A stretch of 63,991 bases of DNA, filler included, from Hausera hauseri (lineage: Eukaryota): assembly GCA_046269625.1 (NCBI GenBank). It is 13 parts of 13 records of this genome, joined end to end, with 100 filler letters (N's around TTAATTAATTAA, not from the genome) between each part and the next. Parts side by side here need not be neighbours in the genome. Positions count along the whole stretch, not along the records: positions 1 to 5,609 come from JBJURY010221408.1; positions 5,710 to 9,945 come from JBJURY010684216.1; positions 10,046 to 14,058 come from JBJURY010820086.1; 10 more parts are not named here. One strand, given 5' to 3'. The position numbers and the translations under genes were made by a program. The stretch's first letter is position 1. Every line of letters starts with the position of its first letter. Positions 1 through 10,499 of the stretch are shown piece by piece. Below the pieces are notes generated by a model. That model was not told the DNA's origin, did no database searches, and worked only from the letters and a program-made list of their open reading frames with translations.

Positions 1-1265
1 CAAATTCAACACAGAGATGGAAGCCCACTGATATTCTTACGTTCGAAGTTGGAAACAGAAATGTATCGAATACGAACGACTTTGATTTGTTACTCATGTC
101 TGAAGTCCACCAAAAGTTAAAGAGCTGGCTTCAAGTCCAAGACAGATTCTCGAATGACATTGATGAAACTATGCCACCGTTTACATGCACCGAAAGACAT
201 TTATACATCTCTGGAGTGTTGAAGGTAGTAGTAGTATGTTATGTAAATAAGAACGTTCTTAGTTATTGTCGTTTTTTCAGTTTGATAAACCCTGCCAGGG
301 TTTGTGCGTGTTTGTTTGTGTTTGATAAACTCTGTATGTTTGTTTACAGCCACATATTTAATGGTGGAGATAATCCCCCGGAGAGCAGCCCTCCGATATC
401 AATGGCTGCGAAAACTGGGGAACTTAATTTCAAAAGTTCTATATATACTTATATTTCTGATAAGGGATATGGGGAAATTATGGGAATATATAAACAGATG
501 CCTATGAAATCAAGATTAAGTTTAAAAGAGAAGACACAAATAATGAAGGGTAATATGGAATTCGGTACAAAGTTTGCTAGTTATGGGCCCAGCAAACCTC
601 AAATTAACAACGGGGCACTTATAATATATGGGGCATTTATTTGCGATGAAGCATCCATTTTAAATTCTCCATTTTATGGTAGCAGAGCGTGGTTTGTGCT
701 CTGCACCTTGATCAGCGGACACAAATCACGTAATGCGATTGCCTTCGAAGGTCTGTATGTCCTTCTCCTTGACGTCGGCTTGCCTTCCTTCCAATATAGT
801 ATACATGGAGCGAGAATCCGTGTCGAGCCCGTAAACGTTGCAACAGGAAATCGTGGACGGAGATTAAGCAACGTTGAAGGCGAGACAGTGGTGACGCTCT
901 CGGAGAAAATAAAATTCTTGTTTGGTATTTATTGTAATAATGAAAGGGATAAAACGTCTGATTGTGTCATAAAAAGCAACAGACGTAAAAATATAAATTT
1001 AAAGGAAGGAGATGAAAGTATTGAAAAGAATTTGTATGAGGAGACAGGAGTCAAAAAATCGAGAAAAAGGAATCAAACGCATTCGGACAACATCGAAAGA
1101 CAATCGCTAGAAGAAAATAAAGGAAAAGGAAGGCCAAGGAATCCGAAGAAAAAGTTCAAATTAGATCAGTACGAAATAGGAAGAATTAAGGGAGATAAAG
1201 GTGAAAATAAAAAGAATGGTCCAAAAACGGAAATAGGACAGAATAGTGAACAAGTTGGGTTTCAA

Positions 1266-2720
1266 ATGAGTCAAAAAGGATGTATCGAAGCTAGAGGAGA
1301 CATCGAATCCAGAAGAGACACCGGAAAAGAAGGATTGATTGGACATAAAATAGTGAAACAAGTAATCATACGTTGTAGCGAACGGAACTTTATGGTTGAT
1401 CTAACTGAGAGTCAATCATATTTTAATCTGATCGGAATTGTAGAGGAGAAATTGAAAATCAAAAGTGAATTTGCATTATTACACTATGGGAAGCCTTTAC
1501 GGACTAACAAAGATGTAATAGGTCTAAAACATGGCTCAACGATACAGGTAACATTTCAACTAAAAGGGGGGAGCGAATTAACTATAGATGAACTGGAAGA
1601 TCGTATTGCGGAAAGACGGAGGCCTATAAATGAACTAACAACTATCCGACGAAAACTAATGGATACACATTTAGGTGAACAAGAATATAACTTATACCAG
1701 CAAAGATATGAGAAAACCTTTTCAGAGATACAGGAAAATCTGGGAATATTAGCAGCCGCAGCAAGGAAATTAAAAAGAAAAGAAAATGTTACCCTGTTAG
1801 AAAATGAGATGGAGAAACTGGACGAACAGAATGAGAAAATTAACACAATTATATACGAGAGAAGTCTGAGGGAAAGTAAAGTTAATACAACAAGAAATAC
1901 GAATAGTGGTAATGAAGAAAAAGTCATACTACCAAAACTGCAGAAGTTAGAGCTCCCAAAATTCGGCGGTATAGTCACAGAGTACGATAAGTGGAAAAGA
2001 ACGTTTGACACTTGTGTTCATAAAACGTCAATGTCTGGCATCCACAAACAGCTGCAATTAAATCAATGCCTGTACGGAGAACCCAAGATGCTGATCGAAA
2101 ATTTTGACCTTTCTGAAGAAGGTTATAAGGCAGCGATGGAAAAGCTGGATTCCTACTACGGAGGGGAACAACGATGTTACGCTGCCTTTATGACCGAAGT
2201 GATACGTTTCAATCCAATCAGAGAAGAGGATATCAAAGGACTAGATCGGTTCGTCGCACTATTGGATGGAATAATAGTAAGATTGCAAAATTTAGGAAGG
2301 AAAGAAGAATTAGGTGGAGGATTGCTATACCAAAGCCTTGTAGAGAAACTCCCAGAGTCCATAGTGCTGTTATGGGAGAGACATGCCACCAAAAGAAGGT
2401 TGAATCGGACAGGTGAAGAGTTGAAAACTTGGGTGGAGTTAGAAGCGAGTGTTCGAAGGAGGGCGGTTGAAAGAATTAGGGGTATCAATGCCTTCAATAC
2501 ATTCGAGACCAAGTTACCATCAAGATGTGGACACGAACACAACTTCGGTCAAACGACGTTCAAAGATAATCCGAAAACCGAAAATCACTTCCCCTCTACA
2601 GACAAGAAAAATATGCCGTTCAGGGATAAGAGATATAATAAAGAGGTACGGAAAAGCTTTTACACAGATAAGCAATCAGACCAAAACGAAATTCAAATTC
2701 AAAGTAAAATAAAGAAATGA
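1266..2720 (+). CDS. gag: Ubiquitin-like domain fused to BEL/Pao Gag (start uncertain; ORF track starts it at 87)
   Basis: Ubl at 1356-1571 ending STIQVTFQLKGG, then coiled-coil and DUF1759-like Gag. The frame continues past a single TGA at 2718-2720. Confidence 0.8.
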   Translation: MSQKGCIEARGDIESRRDTGKEGLIGHKIVKQVIIRCSERNFMVDLTESQSYFNLIGIVEEKLKIKSEFALLHYGKPLRTNKDVIGLKHGSTIQVTFQLKGGSELTIDELEDRIAERRRPINELTTIRRKLMDTHLGEQEYNLYQQRYEKTFSEIQENLGILAAAARKLKRKENVTLLENEMEKLDEQNEKINTIIYERSLRESKVNTTRNTNSGNEEKVILPKLQKLELPKFGGIVTEYDKWKRTFDTCVHKTSMSGIHKQLQLNQCLYGEPKMLIENFDLSEEGYKAAMEKLDSYYGGEQRCYAAFMTEVIRFNPIREEDIKGLDRFVALLDGIIVRLQNLGRKEELGGGLLYQSLVEKLPESIVLLWERHATKRRLNRTGEELKTWVELEASVRRRAVERIRGINAFNTFETKLPSRCGHEHNFGQTTFKDNPKTENHFPSTDKKNMPFRDKRYNKEVRKSFYTDKQSDQNEIQIQSKIKK

Positions 2721-3600
2721 GGTAGCGTTAAATCAACAGACAGAACTAGGAAAGGGGCTTGTTGGGAATTTACGAAGAGTGGACATTGTAAATTCGGAAA
2801 TAGCTACAAGTTCTCACATCATAAAGAGAAGAAAGACGCAACACAAATATGTAAATATTTTATGAAAGGTAACTGCAGAAATAGGGAAAATTGCCGCTTT
2901 ATTCATGAATCATCGTTAGGAAAAAACGAATCTAAAAGACAAGGAAAAGTCTTTTGTACATTTAAAACAGAAGAAAGAGTCGACAAAGAGGAAGGCATAA
3001 GAAGCGATATCGATTCTCAGGTTAATACGTACGTAATTCAACGATCAGAAAAGGAAACAACAGGAAAAAAAGTAGCCCTACGTACGGTAGATGAATGGCT
3101 GGAAAATGGGGAGAGAAAAGTGAAAGTATGTATGCTATTGGATGATGCAAGCACAGAATGTTTCATAAAACGCTCTGTTGTCGAACAATCGAAACTGGTT
3201 AATGTTCAAGAAAGTGTATCTGTTATGGTGGTGGGTGGGAAGACGACGAAGGCAAAGATGGAGCGTGTAAAAATGAACTTAAAGAGTAAGAACGGGAGAG
3301 TCGATATCCCATTTGGAGCGCTAGTCTTAAACGACCCTACAGGAAAAATAATGGCTGTAAATTGGGAGATCGAAAAAGATAAATGGCCACATTTGAGGAA
3401 TATAAAATTCGCCACCCAAAATTCACCAAAATCAGTTGACGGAATTATCGGCGCAAATTATATTCAATTGCACAGATCTATAAAAGAAGTAGCAGGAGGA
3501 ATGAATGAACCGGTGGCCAGATTAACCCCGCTTGGATGGACATGCGTTGGGGTAATCGGGGATGAAAAAAAACGAGTACGGAATAACTTCATCAGGTTTT
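2721..3600 (+). pseudogene. Two CCCH zinc fingers plus BEL/Pao aspartic protease, in frame with gag
   Basis: CWEFTKSGHCKFGNSYKFSH (third Cys now Tyr) and CKYFMKGNCRNRENCRFIH; protease motif LLDDAS; frameshift near 3600 into the next pol frame. Confidence 0.85.
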
Positions 3601-3945
3601 TTGGTCTAGGACTGATGAGATACATGAGGATTGGGATAGATTGTGGGAAGCGGAACAAGGGTTCCAGGAAAGACCAGAATTAAATAACGTGGAGACTGAA
3701 TTATTGAGAAAGGTAACTAATGGAGTAAGATATGAAAAAGAAAGATTTTGTGTTAAATTACCATGGAAAGAGGAAAAACATCCTGATGTTAGCGGGATTG
3801 ATTCATCATGGATAGCGAGGCGAAGATTGGAACTGCTAATTAAGAAATTGGATAAGGATATTAGGGTGAAAAACGAGTATGACAAGGTCATCAAGGAGTA
3901 CGAAGTAAAATCATACATAAGGGAAATATCGAAGGAAGAGGAAGA

Positions 3946-4720
3946 AGAAATCCTGAAGGATGACAGCATCCAGATGCCGGAAGGGTTCAAAGAATCACTC
4001 AGAGCAAAACTGGAGGAGCAGATCAAGGAGAAGGAAAGAGAAGAACTATACTCTAAGCTATCAGAGGAAGACAGGCTTGCATTAGAAGTAGGGCACAAGG
4101 TACTAGAGGAAGAAAAGAATAAAGAAGTTACGCGTAAAAAGAAACGCCGCAAACTGTATCTTACCTTGGCGGCATCGCTTGTATTGGTGATGGCCATTAG
4201 TGTGACTAGTATAGGCGTACCTGGTAGGGCGGTCACATTAGTGAAGAGCATAGTTGGAGATAGAGAAGTCGAAAAGATAAATTCTAGCGATAGCAATCTA
4301 ACAGTCGTTAAGGAAAGTGAAGAACAGGCATATCAGAAAATTAGTGATGAATTTGGAACAGAGCCAGTCAAGATTATTAATACACCAGAATCTATGAAGT
4401 TTGATCGCATGGAGTTTGATAATGTTTTACAGACGGCAGAACTGTTTTATGATTTTAAAGGAGAAAAAGTTGTTTATTTAATAAATGCGTCCTATTCTAA
4501 TGCCTCATGGGGCATAGATGTAGAAGATACTATTACGGACAAGTACTATATCGAGATAGATGGATGTAATATCGAAATAAAGGAATATGAAACTCCAAAA
4601 TCTAGTACAAAAAGGTATTCTGCTGGATTTAAGTATAGAGGATTGGAATATTTTATAGTAGGAACAATGAATAAACAGGAATTTGAAATAATCGTAAATA
4701 ATTTGTTTTTTATAAAATAG
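3946..4720 (+). CDS. Bacterial (Lachnospiraceae-like) DUF4367-type membrane-anchored protein, 5' end replaced by BEL pol
   Basis: LSEEDRLALEVG...RKKKRRK-TM helix (LYLTLAASLVLVMAISV); C-terminal YSAGFKYRGLEYFIVGTMNKQEFEIIVNNL, which I recognise from Firmicutes anti-sigma-like DUF4367 proteins. Intact frame, unlike the decayed TE ORFs. Confidence 0.7.
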
Positions 4721-4782
4721 AGCGTCAGTTTTTGTCGAGATATGTGTTTACATATATGAGAGTAAAGCATACGCTTGAGGCT

Positions 4783-4789
4783 GGAGGTG
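4783..4789 (+). promoter_or_regulatory. Shine-Dalgarno GGAGGTG
   Basis: Strong Firmicutes-type RBS 4 nt before the ATG at 4794. Confidence 0.85.
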
Positions 4790-4793
4790 AAAG

Positions 4794-5279
4794 ATGAGAA
4801 AAAGGGTGTGCTCCATATGCTATACGATATTTCTGGTTTTTGGTTTAGTAATGGTATCTTTAGTGAATGTTAAAGCGGCATCAACAGATAATATAATTAT
4901 TGATGGATCCTATTTGACTCATGAAAAAGAATCTATTGGATACGATACCAAAATTACCAGAGGTGAGGATCTGCTGACTGGTTATTCTAAATGTGTACGC
5001 TTAGGTGCAGGGAAGATATATGCTGGAGGAACTACAATTGCAGCACATACTGTGAATAGTATACAAATTGCGGTAATTGTAGAACGTGCCCAGGAAGGCG
5101 ACACGGCATGGTCTTCTTATGATGCGTGGCAAAAAGAAAGTCAAGATACTGATCGAGTAGGAGCAAACAGAACCTTAATGGTTGAAGGTGGCTACTATTA
5201 TCGAGTCAGATGTACTCATGCGGCAAACAGCGATATGAGTAGTTCCTTTACAGATGGTGTCTATGTAGAAGACCCATAG
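4794..5279 (+). CDS. Secreted bacterial protein, DUF6147-like (Lachnospiraceae)
   Basis: Signal peptide ending VKA; IDGSYLT, TRGEDL, KIYAGGTT and VEGGYYYRVRCTH motifs; RBS present. Confidence 0.75.
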   Translation: MRKRVCSICYTIFLVFGLVMVSLVNVKAASTDNIIIDGSYLTHEKESIGYDTKITRGEDLLTGYSKCVRLGAGKIYAGGTTIAAHTVNSIQIAVIVERAQEGDTAWSSYDAWQKESQDTDRVGANRTLMVEGGYYYRVRCTHAANSDMSSSFTDGVYVEDP

Positions 5280-5609
5280 AATATGAAAACCAAAGTATAA
5301 AAGAAAAAGAAGAAAACCAAAAGAAAAAACAAAAAAGAAAAACATTTTGCAATCGGAAAAACAAATTTAGAAAACAAAAATGCCAATATGCTATATCCGG
5401 GGAGATTGCGGGAAGCGCCGTCCGCGGTGCAACAGGAGAAACTATTAACAATAATTTCGACCTTACATTGAGAAACCGTAGACCCACGAGACGGGTTAAA
5501 GTCGTCGTAGACGGTGCTTCCCACAATCTCTCCGGAATCAAGAGAAAAACGTATAAGACAAAAAGGACAGAAAATGATGCGAGGTTATATGCTAGGCCTC
5601 GTATCCTTT

Positions 5610-5709
5610 NNNNNNNNNNNNNNNNNNNNNNNNNNNNNNNNNNNNNNNNNNNNTTAATTAATTAANNNNNNNNNNNNNNNNNNNNNNNNNNNNNNNNNNN
5701 NNNNNNNNN
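5610..5709. other. Artificial contig linker (44 N + TTAATTAATTAA + 44 N), first of 12
   Basis: Identical 100-nt spacers with stops in all six frames at 5610, 9946, 14059, 21941, 26943, 31862, 36856, 41072, 45531, 50335, 55199 and 59904. Adjacency across them has no biological meaning. A separate 10-N scaffold gap lies at 46026-46035. Confidence 0.99.
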
Positions 5710-5780
5710 ACAAACCGGTATGAACAAACTTGATATAAATAGTGATGCAATTTTATTTCACGTTTGTCTTATTTATAAAA

Positions 5781-6236
5781 ATGTCTTTGGAAAACAATTC
5801 AGCAGGTGACATTCTCTCAAGAAAGCCACGGTACAGCGAATATTCGCTCAGAAATTCCAGGTTATATAATGGATACAATTTATATTATCTGCACAACGCT
5901 ATTCAGTTGTCATTGACGCAAACGGTCAAAATAAAACCGGTGAAATATGGTCTATTGGTGAAAAAGAACAGCCACAATGATTTAGATACAATGGAAGGCA
6001 CTGTTAGAAAAGTTGACAGTGATTTGGTGCTGAGTAAAGATATCTGAGATACATCGTCGATTTTTCTCAAAGGAAATATGGCAAAAATTGTCAGTTCTCA
6101 TGGCGCAGAAACAGCAGCAACAGTTTTGCCACCGGCAGGAGCTAAAGGCTACCTGGCACTGAATCTTAAAGGATTCAAGGAAAGGAGCGGCGTCAAATCC
6201 ACTATATGGAAAATGGGGAAGTTTACTATGATTTAA
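5781..6236 (+). pseudogene. Polinton small gene convergent with polB, candidate OB-fold ssDNA-binding protein (copy 1)
   Basis: One internal TGA at 6045 (Arg in the homolog). Homologous to 34533-34913 and 36440-36855; ends ...LALNLKGFKERSGVKSTIWKM. Confidence 0.55.
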
Positions 6237-6534
6237 CTGACTTACTTTGTATGTTTTTGTGATTTTAGTTTTTCTCTGAACAATAAATAAATATATTCGT
6301 GTTACATATTTTGTTTTTTCGTACAAGGTTATTGTTTTACTTTTACCTCTATGTTACTTAATAATTATAGGTAAGTAGCCGAAAGCAAAACACAAAAGAC
6401 AATGAACAAAGTACATTATTAATGTTGAAATAAAACATTGTACAAAAGATAATTGTCAATATTTGTCACAATATCTAGACCAGATTGAATTACCTGTATC
6501 TGATCTGATCTGATCTGACACCATCGAAGGTGTT

Positions 6535-9500
6535 TTATTTCAACCTCCAATTTCCATACGCCCAACTCTTATTTCGCCCCACCCACTTTTGCTTAGCATC
6601 GTTACATGACAAAGCGACTTTCGCACTAGTTATTGTATACAGCTGGTGTTCAATTGATCGGATGATTGTTTGAGACACAATAGCCACTCACTATCCTCCT
6701 TCTTCTTCATATATACGGCGATGGCCACCGTGGCCGATTTCCATCTGTCTCAGCTGGACTCCTTTTGCCCGCATTTTTGGTCCACAGTCTGTCAGAAGAC
6801 TATAGAACTTTGGGCGTAGGAATATCCATTCCTGATACCAGACACGACCTTCACTTTCATCCTTGAGGCAGCCGATTTTATTGGTGATCACGCTGTTTTA
6901 CAACGGATGATCTGGTGGGTAGCTGGACGTGTCCAGTAATCCATCTGACTGAATTTGCTGCGGTAGCTGTTCGCGATTGTCGTTTTTCAGCCGCAGCAAA
7001 AAAGTGTATGTGTCACCAGCAATTATGTTAATATTGCAGCCGTTAAACTTTTGTGGGTAACGTGCCAAGTCGTGATACTGCAGCTCATACATCCGCAACT
7101 TGCTCGAGTAAAATACCACTTGTCCGGTCCAGAACGACTTCTTCCCTGTTTAACCGCCCCGCAACCAATCCATCGGCAATGTGCAGTGAGGGCCGAAACT
7201 GTGCCTTGCTGGTATACATAATCAGCCGCTTTTCCAAGTTACATTGGCGCACATTGAGCTGCCTTTTCAGATTATCCACTGTTTTTCCGTACATGGAATT
7301 GTTTTTCAGCTTGTAGTAGTCCTTTTCGAACTTTGTACAAGCTGCGGCTCATTTCTCCGAATTTTCATCTATATACGCCTTGAATATGGAAGCCTGAGTA
7401 AATCGGATTTCACGATACAGCTGTTTGACACGTACACCGACCTGCATGTAGAACTGTAGCAGACGCCAATGGACCACGTAATTCAGCTTCGGTTCATGTG
7501 TCATGAGCAGTTTCTTTACTTTTGAGCCTGGCGGACATTGGTTAAATGGTGCGACCGTTAAATCGTCCAAAACGTCTTGCAGCTCATCTGGTATCTCAAG
7601 ATCGACCTCCATCAGGTATCTGATTGAGCCTGCCATGTCTGTTCGTGATATGTTTACTATTATGTCATCCAGATCTTGTCTGTCGACTACCCATTCAAAT
7701 GAACCATACGGCAAGGGTTGTGAAAGCGCCTAGACATACAGTCTATTGATATCAATATACAGCAGTGATGTGATATCGGTAGCACTGACCTGATGCTTAT
7801 TGACAAATGTCATGCCACCGCGAATACCAACATCAAACAGCCGGTACATTTCCGGGTCTTGCAGCAGCTCAAGGTCTCGATCCAGTGACATTAGAGCTGA
7901 CGCCAAACTCATTCCCAGTATGGAATAAAAGTTGAGTGGCTCCAACCTATCTTCCGCCAGCGCTTTGGTCCGAAATGCTTCGAACACGTCGGCTAATAAG
8001 TACACGTCCAGTTTAAGATACTAAAGCATGTAATCCAACATGTTTCTACAGCCCAGTTCTATCCAACATTCTTGCGCTCCCCGATATTCAGCTTCCGTGA
8101 TGCCTGTCCATCGCGGCGATAATTCCTCTGCTGTCCGGAGTCGCTCATACGATGTTAGAAAGTCATATGGAAATATGCCTTTGCTGCGTGCAATATGTAC
8201 ATGGAACTGAGTCAGTACTATCGGCACATCTGGGAAGGCATTTACCAGCTTTGCCAATGATTCCTAGTGCGGAAAGCCGTTAATGGCCCACTTGAGAATA
8301 TGATGACAGTCATAACCTCGGTAATTATGAAAGGTCGCAGGCAGGAATGGTCGCAGTCGCCTTGTAAAATTGCATGAATTGCATGCTGCTCCCAATTATC
8401 GACCGATAAAATGGTCGTGATCCGGTACGAGCCGCTCCTATGCATCAAACGGTATTATTTTGTGGTACAGATAGCATTCATCGGTGACAGCGAAAAGCAA
8501 CAGTTGATATTCGTCTGCCCAAATCAATGGCTTATTGCAATTGTTGCGATACCACTGCGCAATTTCAGTTTCCACTATAATTTCCAACTGTTGCAGGAAA
8601 TCACGTACACAGTTCCAACCATGGAAAACGTAATACTACGGTTGTCTGGCGGCTTTTATTGGTACTAGCAACATACCGACTGCAATTGGAACGTGCTTTT
8701 GGTCGTATATATTGTGCCGTGGTAGAATTGCTTCGATATCGGCATACACCACATATGCAGGACTGTCCGTTTTTGACCAGTCACTGAATCTCAACTCCTT
8801 TTTGACTGGCATAACATACATTGTGGTACCTGACGAAGTTTTACTGCACAACGCCACATACTTTTCCCATGTCTTATTTGACCAGAATCCATGCAGAAAC
8901 ACGGAACACCATTTGCACCATGTACGCTTTTTGATAAACTTGTCATGCTCCATGTTCAACAATCTGTCCAAATTGGTCACGGCCGTGTAATGAATCTTTT
9001 CTTCATTCTCCAACAGCAACAAATTTACTAGGCGTCCAATTGGATTTCAACTGCGGTAAATTATGTCCACGTGAGAATTTTTTAAATTTCCTCATCCACC
9101 GGTATCTCTACGATTGTTGAACCCGAACACGTTGATTGCCAGTGTCGGATTACGCCATTCAAAGGCCTGAATGGTTTTGAGTTTCATCGGCATCCAACAC
9201 TCGTAGTCCAATTCTGAGAAATACTGTACTACTTTGGACAATTTACATGATGTCTGGACACTTGATCATATTTCAATATGGCCAGAATGCTGTAAACAAA
9301 GCAGTATTCGTCGTTAGCATTTTGTACATTCACTACCACCAGAGACTGCTTCAAGTATGCAGGTGTCGGTATGAATGAACGCCCGGACAGGTAAATCATG
9401 TCACTCGCCTAAGTCAGAATAACAATCTGAGTGACAATCTTTACAGTTCGCTAACCACTGCCCTTTTCAGTGTAGTTGGCAATTTTTTCGTCAAGCTTTT

Positions 9501-9945
9501 CGCCTACATCGGCAATAAAATCCTCAGAGTATGGTACGGCTCAATGTTACGAGTACCATTGTTTTCTGTCACTGCAGATTTTCAAATTCTGGAAGTACAT
9601 AATATTGCACTTTGCAGTGGTGTTGGAATTTGGCCATCTCTGATTCCAACCGGTTACGCACATTAGCGGGTACATCCTTCAATTGCGTTGCTGTTTTCGC
9701 CTACATGTCCACCTTCATGTCCACGTACGATCTGTTCAGGTCGTACTTGACAGTAAAGGGCGGTTCAAGTTCCTGGTGCTGCTGCTGTTTCTGACTGATA
9801 TTATTTTGAAAGTATTCGTCAAAGTTTGCTGATGCGTGACGTTTCCTGCTGCTGCTGGTTCTTGCTGAGTCCATTAATATTTCCTTTTTGGACCTCTGAA
9901 ACTGGTTCAAGTGGTACTTGTGAATGTTGTAGAATTGTTCGTAGT
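6535..9945 (-). pseudogene. polB: Polinton/adintovirus-type protein-primed DNA polymerase B, degenerate
   Basis: VVYADIEA exonuclease I; KGIFPYD; DVYLLADVFEAFR; GIRGGMT; LYIDINRLY (motif A); LPYG; NSMYGKT (B); GDTYT (degenerate C); LKDE; LRPKFYS; RAKGV. Many stops and frameshifts. Confidence 0.93.
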
Positions 9946-10499
9946 NNNNNNNNNNNNNNNNNNNNNNNNNNNNNNNNNNNNNNNNNNNNTTAATTAATTA
10001 ANNNNNNNNNNNNNNNNNNNNNNNNNNNNNNNNNNNNNNNNNNNNTGTGAATGTGTACTTATTTTCTGATTTGGTGAATCCGAATTAGTACTCATAATTT
10101 TTGTTTAAATTTTGGTTCAGTCATGTGTTCGCAAATCAACACCATGATTTTGCATACGGTCAATTTTTATGTAAAAAATTTGAATTTCATATGCTTGCAT
10201 TTTATAAATGTGTTATATAAACCAAATATAAGTCAGGCATCAATTTTATTTCAGAAAACATTTACTTACTTACAGTAGAATAGATAAAATTGAAACAGCT
10301 GGTCACAATTTTGTGCGCGAATATAAGTTCTATGAAATTTTTCAACACATTCATTTATCTAACTCTTTCACCATTTTCCTCCATTAAATCACACACGTTA
10401 TTTGACAATTTACTGTCGTCGGATTTCCAGTTTGTCATTCATGTTATGTCAAATTACAATGTATTAGACAGATATTTATTTGGTGAATGAAAAAAGAAA

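Larger units (their letters stand above)
889..3945 (+). mobile_element. BEL/Pao LTR retrotransposon 5' portion (Ubl-gag-CCCH-protease-start of pol), cut off before RT
   Basis: DUF1759-type Gag core LPKLQKLELPKFGGIVTEYDKWKRTF...LYGEPK; Pao protease LLDDASTECFI; WPHLRNIKF...IIGANY...PVARLTPLGWTCVG; pre-RT segment RFCVKLPWK...ARRRL...EYDKVIKEY. Weak PBS-like CA-g-TGGTGAC at 886-895. Confidence 0.9.

Noticed and set aside
3641-4720. 359-aa ORF as one genuine novel membrane protein or env
   Set aside because: The two halves belong to a eukaryotic TE and a bacterial family; probably chimeric.
5654-5665. Recurrent TTAATTAATTAA palindrome as a biological repeat
   Set aside because: Always centred in 44+44 N; an artificial six-frame stop linker.
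6535-9945. Many in-frame stops as an alternative genetic code
   Set aside because: All three stop types and frameshifts occur, and stops differ between sister copies: ordinary pseudogene decay.
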